64,000 bases of DNA from IMG/VR virus record IMGVR_UViG_3300047650_000023. One strand, given 5' to 3'. Positions 1-9,512 of the stretch are shown piece by piece. Each line of letters opens with the position of its first letter. Position 1 is the first letter of the stretch. The DNA comes from a virus. The notes under the pieces were generated by a model. That model had not been told where the DNA came from. It did no database searches and saw only the letters and a program-made list of their open reading frames with translations. Both the position numbers and the translations under genes were made by a program.

Positions 1-2
1 GA

Positions 3-179
3 AAATTTGGAGGCTATAAGAGGTTTGAAATACAACAGGCTAATGATAGATTAAAAGACAAATTAGTTAAAGAACATGGATATAAAATATTACATATTGA
101 TATTGATTCTAATTGGACTAATACTGAATATTTAACACAACGAGTTAACGATATCCTAAAAGATATCGAAATAGCATAA
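3..179 (+). CDS. 3' end of a probable Vsr/DUF559-like PD-(D/E)XK endonuclease (partial, runs off window)
   Basis: Own translation of frame 3: KFGGYKRFEIQQANDRLKDKLVKEHGYKILHIDID...EIA*. Q..D..K....GY..L.I pattern is typical of this C-terminus. Confidence 0.5.
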   Translation, partial: KFGGYKRFEIQQANDRLKDKLVKEHGYKILHIDIDSNWTNTEYLTQRVNDILKDIEIA

Positions 180-303
180 ACAATAAAATTAAATTAAATA
201 ACTGAACTTAGATTTATAAGGAACAGTGATAAGTGGTCAAATATCACTGTCATTGTTCCTATTTTTTACAGTTTTTATAACACAAGAAAGGAGAATAAAA
301 TTT

Positions 304-678
304 ATGCTAAATATATTTCTCAAGTATTGGGAGATTATTTTGCCTGTCCTAACAGGTGTGAGTGCTTTAATTATGTTTTTTGTAAACATTGATAAATGTG
401 TGAATTATGTAAAAAATAAAATTAAAAGAATATTCAATCACAATAATTTTAATAAACTACATAAAAAGATTGATGAAAATAATTCAGAAACAAATAATAA
501 TTTAACTGATATTAAAACTCAAATATCAGAAATGCAGAAACTAATAGCAAACATGCAGATAGAAATGAACGATAGATTAACCAAACAAGATAATGTTTTA
601 GATGGGCAAAATGTTGTTATTGCAAAAATAGATGGTAAAACTGATGTTCTTGAAGATTTTTGTAAATCAAAAAACTGA
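304..678 (+). CDS. membrane protein, N-terminal TM helix + coiled coil (holin-like)
   Basis: Track ORF 226..678. AAGGAG SD precedes ATG at 304. Hydrophobic stretch EIILPVLTGVSALIMFFV followed by heptad-rich tail. Confidence 0.55.
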   Translation: MLNIFLKYWEIILPVLTGVSALIMFFVNIDKCVNYVKNKIKRIFNHNNFNKLHKKIDENNSETNNNLTDIKTQISEMQKLIANMQIEMNDRLTKQDNVLDGQNVVIAKIDGKTDVLEDFCKSKN

Positions 679-751
679 TTATTTTAATATATCCCAATAG
701 AAAGTAAGTTTGCTTGGGTTTGAATTTAACAAGAAAAAGAGGTGATTTAAT

Positions 752-1309
752 ATTCAAAAATTAAAATTAGTATCCCCTATTCCCTGTTCGGTCAATCATT
801 ACATCAAGCCAAGAGCATTTTTAGTTCATGGAAAACCACAAGTTAGTCTATATGAAACAACAGAAGCTAAAAAGTATAAAAAGGATTTTTGTACATATGT
901 AAAAGAACAAGTGAAATTACAACAATTTAATATCATACCAAATAAAACACAGCATTTTTATATTGACTGTGTTTTTTATTTTGACCGTATAGATAAAGAT
1001 TGTAATAATTATTTTAAACTTCTGCTTGATGCGATTACAGACACACAAGCAATATGGGTTGATGATAATGTGACACTTGAAAGAGTCAATGCAATCTATT
1101 ATGATTCGCAAAACCCTAGAATAGAATTAACTATATATCCTGTTGATTATATCGGAATTTTTAATAATCAAGAACAATTAGAAACTTTTGAATCTAATTG
1201 CATCCAATGCAAAAAGTATAAGGAAAGGAAATGTAGTGTTCTAAATAAAGCTATTGAGGGCAGAATTCAAGAAGAGATAGTTGATGGAAAATGTTCAAAA
1301 TTTAAATAA
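752..1309 (+). CDS. rusA: RusA-like Holliday junction resolvase, probable ATT start
   Basis: Frame is open from TGA 743-745 and encodes LVSPIPCSVNHY and DKDCNNYFKLLLDAITD...WVDD (RusA catalytic motif). No ATG/GTG/TTG before 911. GAGGTGA SD lies 6 nt before ATT 752. Confidence 0.75.
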   Translation: MQKLKLVSPIPCSVNHYIKPRAFLVHGKPQVSLYETTEAKKYKKDFCTYVKEQVKLQQFNIIPNKTQHFYIDCVFYFDRIDKDCNNYFKLLLDAITDTQAIWVDDNVTLERVNAIYYDSQNPRIELTIYPVDYIGIFNNQEQLETFESNCIQCKKYKERKCSVLNKAIEGRIQEEIVDGKCSKFK

Positions 1310-1338
1310 TAAATAAATTAAAGGTGGTAAATTAATTA

Positions 1339-2067
1339 ATGTTAAAAATAACGAAAGCACAACTAGATAGAATTTGCAAGTCAATCAATGAATTTGAAAA
1401 TGGAAATGTTATAATTCCTTTTGAAATTAGTAAAGATGAAACAATAAATATAGAGTTTAAGACTTCCCTATCATTAGTAAATACAAGTCTATTTATTGAT
1501 AGGGTTGTATCTAGTTCATTTACAAAAGATAATGAATACTTGCCAGAATATCATAGACTTATGTTTTTCGCAACGTTAATTCAAATGCTTTCTAATATTC
1601 CTATACCAGAAATAAAACAAATTGTAAATGATAAGGAAATTAAAGTTCTTGATTTAGCAAAAATACAAGATATTATGAATGAAACTAATTTGATGGAAAA
1701 AATTTATGGATTTAATTCTTGCCATGGTTTAGAGAACGAAAATAGGCTTTATGAATTTATTAGAAATCTTGAGATTATGGTAAATGAGAAAATTAAGATT
1801 AGACAAGATGAGATTTTGAGTGAGAAGAATAATGTTTCAGATAAAGTTATTAACGATTACAGTCAGATAACTGGATTAATTTTAGGATTACTAGGTAAGG
1901 CAAATTCTATGATGGATGGATTAGATGTTCAGAAAATTATGTCAGTTGTATCTGAATTAAATAAAGGTGGAGAAAAGATTACTTCTGATAGTATTGCAAA
2001 AACTTTCATCAAGCAAATGTATCCAAATGGTGTTGTTGCAACAGAAAGTGTAAATAAGGCAGAATAA
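1339..2067 (+). CDS. hypothetical protein (possible tail assembly chaperone by position)
   Basis: 242-aa ORF, AAGGTGG SD, no recognised motif. Confidence 0.6.
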   Translation: MLKITKAQLDRICKSINEFENGNVIIPFEISKDETINIEFKTSLSLVNTSLFIDRVVSSSFTKDNEYLPEYHRLMFFATLIQMLSNIPIPEIKQIVNDKEIKVLDLAKIQDIMNETNLMEKIYGFNSCHGLENENRLYEFIRNLEIMVNEKIKIRQDEILSEKNNVSDKVINDYSQITGLILGLLGKANSMMDGLDVQKIMSVVSELNKGGEKITSDSIAKTFIKQMYPNGVVATESVNKAE

Positions 2068-2099
2068 TAAATTAAATAAATGATTTAAGGATTGATTAA

Positions 2100-2261
2100 A
2101 TGAAGAAAATATTTAATATCTATCAGGCAAATGTGTTTATACAAAATGGTTGTACTGTTGATGGGTGTGGACTCGGAAATAAATATAAAACCTACGTTTC
2201 GTTTGTTGAAGATAAAAAATTTAAAGAAATGATGCAGAGATGGATGGCTAAAGAATTTTAG
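2100..2261 (+). CDS. small DUF5659-like protein (53 aa, not in track)
   Basis: MKKIFNIYQANVFIQNGCTVDGCGLGNKYKTYVSFVEDKKFKEMMQRWMAKEF. AAGGA SD. Resembles 40235 and 42897 ORFs. Confidence 0.6.
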   Translation: MKKIFNIYQANVFIQNGCTVDGCGLGNKYKTYVSFVEDKKFKEMMQRWMAKEF

Positions 2262-2263
2262 TC

Positions 2264-2288
2264 ATCCTCTTTTGATTTTAAGGAGGAT
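2264..2288 (+). promoter_or_regulatory. hairpin occluding the SD of the HNH gene
   Basis: ATCCTCTTT (2264-2272) pairs with AAGGAGGAT (2280-2288), which contains the SD of 2295. Confidence 0.55.
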
Positions 2289-2294
2289 TTTAAA

Positions 2295-3353
2295 ATGTTA
2301 ATATTACCACAAGAGGTTGAAATTAAATGGGCAGGTGCAATAACAAAATATTATACGGATAAAGGATATAAACCAGTACCATATAGAAGTATTATTAAAA
2401 TAAATGTATTAGATTTATCAAAAGGTTCATTAGCTAAAGTGAATATACAATGTGATGAATGTGGAGAAATAGTTCCTGTAATTTGGAGAAATTATTTACA
2501 ACGAGAAACAGAAGAATATTATTGCCCAAAATGTTTTAGAAGTAAAATAAGACATAGAGATGAAAATGGTAAATTAATATTGGAAGAACCAATTTATCAT
2601 AATAAAGAATGGTTATATAATGAATACATAATTAAAGACCGTAGTGGTGAAGAAATTTCTGATGAATTAAAAATTGATTTGCGTACAATAAGATATTGGA
2701 CTGCAAAATACGGTTTTGCGAAAGAAGGATTATTAACAGGAATTATTAGTGAAGATGAATTATATGACTTATATATTAATCAGAGTTTATCTACCACTGA
2801 AATTGGAGAAATATATGGTCTGTGCGATAATTCTATTTCAAAATTATTAAGAGAATACGAAATAGATGTAGCAGATCAATCAGAAGCAATGAGAAAGTAT
2901 TATTATGAAAAAGGTGGATTAGAAAAATCAATTGAATATGCTAATAGATTAGAAAATCGTATTATTCGTTCATGTAGAGTTAGAGGTATTAATGTTGAAG
3001 ATTTTGACGGATTTTTATCAGATGAAACAACATTAATTAGAGGTACTCAAGATTATAAAAAGTGGCGACAGGCGGTATTTGAACGAGATAATTATACTTG
3101 TCAATGTTGTGGTCAACGAGGTTATAAATTACAAGCACATCATATAGAAAATTTTTCATCTGAAATAGATAAAAGATTTGATATTAAAAATGGTGTAACC
3201 ATGTGTGAACATTGTCACGGAATAAAATATAAAGATAGTTTTCACAACGTGTATGGAAAAAGAAATAATACAAAAGAACAATTAGACGAATATATAAAAA
3301 ATAAAAGACAACTAATTAAAGTTGATATTGAAAGTGAGGAATCAAATGGCTAG
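2295..3353 (+). CDS. free-standing HNH endonuclease with N-terminal Zn/HTH region
   Basis: YKKWRQAVFERDNYTCQCCG..LQAHHIENF..NGVTMCEHCH. Confidence 0.85.
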   Translation: MLILPQEVEIKWAGAITKYYTDKGYKPVPYRSIIKINVLDLSKGSLAKVNIQCDECGEIVPVIWRNYLQRETEEYYCPKCFRSKIRHRDENGKLILEEPIYHNKEWLYNEYIIKDRSGEEISDELKIDLRTIRYWTAKYGFAKEGLLTGIISEDELYDLYINQSLSTTEIGEIYGLCDNSISKLLREYEIDVADQSEAMRKYYYEKGGLEKSIEYANRLENRIIRSCRVRGINVEDFDGFLSDETTLIRGTQDYKKWRQAVFERDNYTCQCCGQRGYKLQAHHIENFSSEIDKRFDIKNGVTMCEHCHGIKYKDSFHNVYGKRNNTKEQLDEYIKNKRQLIKVDIESEESNG

Positions 3354-4380
3354 AAAAACACAACAAAACTCAATTACAAGTCCTGAATTAATATCAAAAG
3401 TTAATCCTGAAAACATAAGATTACTAGATGATTTTATTATATTTATGAGGTCTGTAAAACGAAGTGAGAAGACGATTGGTGGTTATCAAAACGATATACA
3501 TATATTCTTTGTTTGGAATTTAAAATTTAATAAGAATAAATTTTTTGTAGAAATTACAAAAAGAGATATAATAGCTTATCAAAATTGGATAACAAACACT
3601 AATGGAAATTCGCCTGCTCGTATTCGTAGACTTAAATCTGCATTAGCTTCAATGAGCAATTATATCGAAAATATACTCGATGAAGATCCAGATTTCAAAG
3701 GTTTTAAGAAGATAGTAAATAAGATTGAAAATCCTGCAAATCAAGCAGTTAGAGAAAAGACTGTATTTACAGATGAACAATTACAAATATTACTTGATTA
3801 TTATGTTGGTAAAAAACAATATATTAAAGCATGTGCTACTGCAATTTGTATGTGTTCTGGAGCAAGAAAATCAGAAATAGTACGTTATAAGGTAAGTTAT
3901 TTTACAGATGAAAATATTATTTATGGTTCTTTGTACAAAACACCTGAAAAGATGATTACAAAAGGTCGTAACGGTGGAAAATTAATCAATAGATATATTT
4001 TGGCTAATCAGTTTAAACCCTATCTTGATTTATGGTTAAAACAACGTGAAGAATTAGGTGTAGAAGGTGATTGGTTATTTTCAACGCAAGATGAAAACGG
4101 TAATTGGGTACAAATGAATGCAGATACTTTAAATAGTTGGGCAGAAACAGCAACAAGAGTATTGAGTGTTGATTTTTATTGGCACAGTTTAAGACATTAT
4201 TTTTGTACTCATCTTGCGAAATTAGGACTACCAGATAGCGTTATTATTGAGATTATCGGTTGGGAATCAGCAGATATGGTAAAAATTTACAATGATATTT
4301 CGGCAGATGAACAAATAGGTAAATATTTTGATGAAAATGGGATTAAAGAAATTAAGAAAGCTGAACTGTCGGATTTGTAA
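3346..4380 (+). CDS. tyrosine recombinase (XerC/D-like) in the tail module
   Basis: Catalytic set GARKSE (R), HSLRH (HxxR), IGW, KIY (Y). ATG at 3346 after GAGGA SD. Confidence 0.9.
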   Translation: MARKTQQNSITSPELISKVNPENIRLLDDFIIFMRSVKRSEKTIGGYQNDIHIFFVWNLKFNKNKFFVEITKRDIIAYQNWITNTNGNSPARIRRLKSALASMSNYIENILDEDPDFKGFKKIVNKIENPANQAVREKTVFTDEQLQILLDYYVGKKQYIKACATAICMCSGARKSEIVRYKVSYFTDENIIYGSLYKTPEKMITKGRNGGKLINRYILANQFKPYLDLWLKQREELGVEGDWLFSTQDENGNWVQMNADTLNSWAETATRVLSVDFYWHSLRHYFCTHLAKLGLPDSVIIEIIGWESADMVKIYNDISADEQIGKYFDENGIKEIKKAELSDL

Positions 4381-4478
4381 ATCCCAATCAATCCGTAATT
4401 TGATAGTATTATTCCCTATTCAAACATTAAATTAATTAAACAATATTAAAAACAATTAATTAAAAAAGGAGGCGATTT

Positions 4479-6344
4479 ATTATAGCGGATGTAAACTATA
4501 TGCAGGGATTAAGGCAAAATGTCCCTGCAATTTCAACAGATGATTTAACATGGTATTTTGCAAATGATACAGGCGAAATATTTAAAGGGACTGGACAAGG
4601 TTTACCAGTTATCAAAATCGGAGATATTTATCCTCTTGCTACAGATGCAGACAGACAAAATTTATCTGGGGCATTTTTAATAAATGGGAAATGCTATTAT
4701 GTTCAAAGTACAAAAACGCTTTGGTACTATTCAACTTCTACTTTATGGCAAATTATTACCAGTTCACCAGTTCAATCTTCATGGAGTGAATCAGACAACA
4801 CACAATTGGATTATATAAAAAATAAACCAGTTTTTGATACTACATCAGCTGATATACAACCAAATGGTACACAAGCGGCAGGTTCAACAGGTATGATTGC
4901 AGATGCAGGACATGTACATCCTATTGATACAACTAGAGCAAGTTTAAGTTCAAATACATATAGTGGCAATCAAACTGCACCTGAGTTTATAGGTTCATTA
5001 AATGGTAATGCAACAACATCTACAACAGCAAGCACGTTAGCTACACCAAGAATAATATCAACAAGTGGAGATGTAACTGCTACACCTACAGATTTTGATG
5101 GCAGTTCAAATATAACAATTCCATTAACTTTATCGCCATCAGGAGTTGCTGTAGGTACATATCCAAAAGTTACTGTAAATATAAAAGGATTAGTTACAAA
5201 TGGTACAACCTTATCCCCTACTGATATACCTACACTTACTCATACATCTATATCTGATTTTGATACAGAAGTACATACTAGTAGATTAGATCAAATGAGC
5301 AATCCCACATCTAGTGTATCTATGAATAATCAAACAATAATAAATTTAGGTACACCTGTTAACTCAAATGATGCAGCCAATAAATCATATGTAGATGCTG
5401 TAACACAAGGGATGCAGCCAAAATTAGCAGTTAGAGTTGCTACTACTGGTTCAAATATAACTTTATCTGGGATTCAAACTATTGATGGAATTTTATTAGC
5501 AGTGGGAGATAGAATATTAGTCAAAGACCAAACCAATTCTACGCAAAATGGGATTTATGTTGTATCTTCAAGTACATGGAGTTTATCCTCCGATGCTAAT
5601 TCTTCAACTAATATAAAAGCAGGAATGTATACATTTGTTGAAATGGGTACTATCAATATAAATACAGGATGGTCTTTAGTATTAGATCCTGATATTACCA
5701 TTGTTATAGGTACTACTAATTTTATATTTACACAATTTACTGGTGTTGGAGATATAATCACAGGAACTGGTTTAAGTAAGAGTGGTAATACCCTTTCTTT
5801 AGCAGCATCTGGAGTTACAGCAGGAACTTATACAAAAACGACCGTAGATGCTACAGGTAGAGTTATAAGTGCAACAAATTTAACTTCATCTGATTTACCA
5901 ATTGCCACAACATCTTCCACTGGTATAGTCAAAGTTGGTAATGGATTGTCAGTAGATATATATGGTAATTTAAGTTCTATAAATATTAATACAATACAAG
6001 CAACTGTCTCAGAAACATTGACAGCAGGAGCATTTGTTAATATTTATAATAATAGTGGTACGTTATCTGTTAGGAATGCAAATGCAACTGATAATACTAA
6101 ACCTGTAAATGGATTTATATTAAATTCATATAATGTTGGGAATACCGCTACAATTTATTTGTCTGGTATGAACAATCAATTATCTGGATTGACTATAGAA
6201 AATCAATATTATTTATCAACAACTAATGGTGTTGTTAGTACAACGATTCCAGTAAGCACTGGAAATTTAATTCAGTTTGTCGGAAGTGCGATAAATACAA
6301 CAACTATTGTATATCAGCAAAATATATTATTCACAAATTTATAA
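4479..6344 (+). CDS. tail fibre / virion adhesin-like protein (probable ATT 4479 or ATA 4482 start)
   Basis: Thr/Ser/Gly-rich. Fibre motifs GTYPKVTVNIKGLVT, GTYTKTTVDATGRV, DAANKSYVD, GDRILVKDQT..QNGIYVV. GGAGG at 4468-4472 is too far from ATG 4500. Confidence 0.75.
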   Translation: MIADVNYMQGLRQNVPAISTDDLTWYFANDTGEIFKGTGQGLPVIKIGDIYPLATDADRQNLSGAFLINGKCYYVQSTKTLWYYSTSTLWQIITSSPVQSSWSESDNTQLDYIKNKPVFDTTSADIQPNGTQAAGSTGMIADAGHVHPIDTTRASLSSNTYSGNQTAPEFIGSLNGNATTSTTASTLATPRIISTSGDVTATPTDFDGSSNITIPLTLSPSGVAVGTYPKVTVNIKGLVTNGTTLSPTDIPTLTHTSISDFDTEVHTSRLDQMSNPTSSVSMNNQTIINLGTPVNSNDAANKSYVDAVTQGMQPKLAVRVATTGSNITLSGIQTIDGILLAVGDRILVKDQTNSTQNGIYVVSSSTWSLSSDANSSTNIKAGMYTFVEMGTININTGWSLVLDPDITIVIGTTNFIFTQFTGVGDIITGTGLSKSGNTLSLAASGVTAGTYTKTTVDATGRVISATNLTSSDLPIATTSSTGIVKVGNGLSVDIYGNLSSININTIQATVSETLTAGAFVNIYNNSGTLSVRNANATDNTKPVNGFILNSYNVGNTATIYLSGMNNQLSGLTIENQYYLSTTNGVVSTTIPVSTGNLIQFVGSAINTTTIVYQQNILFTNL

Positions 6345-6364
6345 GAGAAAGAAGGAAATCAACT

Positions 6365-7015
6365 ATGTTATTTCAAGGAATTTTAAATAATGAATTTATT
6401 GTTAAAGATCCTGTTTCTACAGATATGTCAGAAACCACTTTAAAATCAGCCACACAGTCTGGAACAACAAATGTCTATAATGTTACTGGTATAGGTACAC
6501 TTTATGATGGTATGCCAATAACGGCACGTTTTGACACGGCAAGCACAGGAGCAATATCAATTATACTTAACGGTGGTACAACTACATATCCAGTTGTAGA
6601 TTTTACAAGCACAGGCTATTCAAACATTGCGGCTAATTCAATTTTATCTATGCGATACAATGCGGTAACTTCAAATTTTATGTCGTGGGTTAAAGGAGGT
6701 GATAAATCAAATCCGAATCTGACAGGGCTTGTGGTGACTTATGCAAATGCTCACGGTCAAAGTACGCTTGCGTTAAATCCAGGCTTTACGTCAGCGGGTC
6801 ATGCATACACTGCTACTTTAACAAGTAGTATTGGAACTGTAAATGTTACCGCAACAGCACAATATCCAAATTCCAAGCTGTCGATTGCCGGAACGCCGAT
6901 TACAAGCGGAGTAACTTATCCTTACATTATTGGAACAGGTACATCTATTGAAATTGACATAACGCAAGCCGATGGAACAGTGGTAACACCCTATATTATT
7001 ACACTGACACGTTGA
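6365..7015 (+). CDS. virion accessory protein: fibre-type N-domain + cadherin-like beta-sandwich
   Basis: C-terminus NLTGLVV..LALNPGFTS..AYTATL..VNVTATAQYPNSKLSI. N-domain is paralogous to part of the 35590 ORF. Confidence 0.6.
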   Translation: MLFQGILNNEFIVKDPVSTDMSETTLKSATQSGTTNVYNVTGIGTLYDGMPITARFDTASTGAISIILNGGTTTYPVVDFTSTGYSNIAANSILSMRYNAVTSNFMSWVKGGDKSNPNLTGLVVTYANAHGQSTLALNPGFTSAGHAYTATLTSSIGTVNVTATAQYPNSKLSIAGTPITSGVTYPYIIGTGTSIEIDITQADGTVVTPYIITLTR

Positions 7016-7068
7016 TAATTAAATAACAAGAAATTATAATATATAAATAAAGTTTTGAATTAATAATA

Positions 7069-8181
7069 TTATTCTTGTAAAATAATATTATCAACATTAG
7101 GTGTTCCTAAACCAGTGATTAAATCCCAACCTATTTGTGCTTTATAACCATTATTATCTTGACCGATTGTAATATCATTAAAACACTTATTTGAATTTGT
7201 ATAGCTTGTTTTACCTGCTAAATCATATAACGATCCTGCATTTTTTATAAAATGTCCATTCTGATTAATATCAGCTATAATTCCCGCCCAAGCAGGTACT
7301 CCCAAACTTGTTCCACCAGCAACATACCATTTGTTAGAATTATATACATTAACACCTGTAGAAGTATTAGCATCAAATGACACATCAGGACTTTTTCTAT
7401 AATTTCCACTAATTTTAAAATTAAAAGTAGTTTGCCATGATGGTTCTATTTCATAAGCACTTTGACCACCAAATGAATATTGCCATGTGCTTTCTTCATA
7501 TTTATTATTAGAATTTATTGATAATGTAGTACCTCCTACTGATATCACATTATTTGCTGTGGCAGGATATTGAGGTATACCATTACCATCACCTGAAGTT
7601 GATAAAAATATTACATTTGGATTTGAAAAATGATAGTCATACTGTATATCTTGAGCAAATTCATCAGTTCCCCAACTCATAGATACTATATTAGCACCAT
7701 TTTTAACAGCATAATCCACTGCATTTAACAAAGAATCTAAAGTATTATCTGCTTCAACAATCATTATATGAGCATCAGGAGCCATTGCATGTGACCATTC
7801 TGTATCGACTGATGTTTCAATTGACCAATTGCTCATATTAATATTAGTTGTATTTTTATTTAAATTAATAATAGATATATTAGCATTAGGTAAATTATAT
7901 TTAGCATCAAAAATTTTAACATCATTTTGAATATTAGAATCTCCGTAAGAAATAATCAATGCAATTGTTTGACCTTTACCTGTTGGTGTAATATTTGACA
8001 TATCATATGCTTGTTTTATTTGTGTTGGCGTATAACCTATATTAGCAGAAGAATTATTAGAATCGTTTGTTTGTATTAATGGTATAACAATTTGATTTTG
8101 ACTATTATTAACATTATTATTAAAACTGATACTAAATAAAATACATATTAATAGTATAGCAACTAATTTTATCTTTTTCAT
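7069..8181 (-). CDS. secreted S53 (sedolisin/kumamolisin-type) serine peptidase moron
   Basis: GYTPTQIKQAY, ETSVD (Glu/Asp), SMSWG, SGDG (oxyanion Asp), GGTS (Ser), GWDLITGLGTP (Ca site). N-terminal signal/TM segment. Confidence 0.9.
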   Translation of the reverse strand: MKKIKLVAILLICILFSISFNNNVNNSQNQIVIPLIQTNDSNNSSANIGYTPTQIKQAYDMSNITPTGKGQTIALIISYGDSNIQNDVKIFDAKYNLPNANISIINLNKNTTNINMSNWSIETSVDTEWSHAMAPDAHIMIVEADNTLDSLLNAVDYAVKNGANIVSMSWGTDEFAQDIQYDYHFSNPNVIFLSTSGDGNGIPQYPATANNVISVGGTTLSINSNNKYEESTWQYSFGGQSAYEIEPSWQTTFNFKISGNYRKSPDVSFDANTSTGVNVYNSNKWYVAGGTSLGVPAWAGIIADINQNGHFIKNAGSLYDLAGKTSYTNSNKCFNDITIGQDNNGYKAQIGWDLITGLGTPNVDNIILQE

Positions 8182-8213
8182 ATAAATCACTCTTTCTATA
8201 TTAGATTAACTAT

Positions 8214-8242
8214 ATTATACAATTAATATAATGAAAAGTCAA
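8214..8242 (-). promoter_or_regulatory. sigmaA promoter of S53 gene
   Basis: TTGACT-17 nt-TATAAT with TG extended -10 on minus strand. Confidence 0.8.
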
Positions 8243-8330
8243 GCGGTTTAATACTATTATTTTAATTTGTTTTAGTTGAATATAATCAAATGTATACTTA
8301 TAAAATAATTTCACGAAAGGAGGACAAAAA

Positions 8331-8666
8331 ATGACAGATTGTATGAAAACTATTGGAATAATTAAAAGAGGCGATACTTTTTCATTTACTGTGTCTTTAA
8401 CTGATTCTTCAACAAATGAAGCATTAACAGGTATATCTGCTAATTTAAAATGTCAAGGAAAATATAAAGTTGATGATATAATACCTCTTGTTATTATGAC
8501 AGTTTCTGAAACTTCAATAGGTGGAACGTATCTTTTTACAGCTCCTTCAACTAATGCATGGAAATCTAGTAATGTTTATTTTGATATTCAATATACAAAT
8601 GATAGTGGAATAGTATCTTCAACTGAAACATTTTATGTTCAAGTAATAGGTGATATTACACGATGA
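8331..8666 (+). CDS. BppU-N-like baseplate/fibre adaptor domain protein
   Basis: IKRGDTFSFTVSLTD...VYFDIQYT...VSSTETFYVQVIGDIT pattern. Confidence 0.55.
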   Translation: MTDCMKTIGIIKRGDTFSFTVSLTDSSTNEALTGISANLKCQGKYKVDDIIPLVIMTVSETSIGGTYLFTAPSTNAWKSSNVYFDIQYTNDSGIVSSTETFYVQVIGDITR

Positions 8667-9490
8667 GTGATATTAATTTTACTATTAATTCTACTTCTGC
8701 ACCAATTAAACTAGGTACTATCGGTATACGTTTAGCTGGTTTAAATGGAACTGCTACTGATGTTACATACACAAATGATACAGAGACTTATATTAGTGTA
8801 GGTGGTATATCAACTGGAGAAACATTTGATTCTCAGACTGTTGTGCAAATGTTTGATAGATTATTATACCCTTACGTTCAAGCATCAATAAGTTTAAATA
8901 GTTCACCAAATCCTTCTGTACAAGAATTTGGTACAAGTATAGATAGTGTTACTTTAAATGTTAATGTTACTAAAATGTCAAATAATATAACTAAAATTTG
9001 GTATTATAAAAATGGTGTGTTAATAAATGAAAATGATTCACCTAATCCTAATGGTGGCATGAATTCTTTTGTTGATAATAATAGTATAAACATGACAACA
9101 ACTTATTATGTTTCTGTAACTGATGACAAACCTTATACAATTAATAGTTCATCTACAACATTTCAATATGTGTATCCGTTTTATGTGGGAGATGTGTCTT
9201 CTCAAAACCCGACAGAATCAGATATAAAAGCCATGAATAAACAAGTTAAAGTTAAATCTAACACTACTTATAATTATACTTTAACAAATTCAAGATTTGC
9301 GATAGCATTTGATTCTTCGTTAGGATTACTAACACATATTTATGATGCTAATATGTTTGACATTACAAGTGATTTTACATTAAGTACTCTAATTTTTACA
9401 ATGTTGGATGGACAAAATATACAGTATAATGTTTATGTTAATAATAATATGACTACTCAAACAGGATTTAATGTTTATTATAATTTTTAA
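8663..9490 (+). CDS. virion structural protein, Ig-like beta-rich
   Basis: ATGA overlap with previous gene. Beta-rich, T/S/N-rich composition. Confidence 0.55.
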   Translation: MSDINFTINSTSAPIKLGTIGIRLAGLNGTATDVTYTNDTETYISVGGISTGETFDSQTVVQMFDRLLYPYVQASISLNSSPNPSVQEFGTSIDSVTLNVNVTKMSNNITKIWYYKNGVLINENDSPNPNGGMNSFVDNNSINMTTTYYVSVTDDKPYTINSSSTTFQYVYPFYVGDVSSQNPTESDIKAMNKQVKVKSNTTYNYTLTNSRFAIAFDSSLGLLTHIYDANMFDITSDFTLSTLIFTMLDGQNIQYNVYVNNNMTTQTGFNVYYNF

Positions 9491-9512
9491 AATAAACTAA
9501 ACTTGAAAGGAG

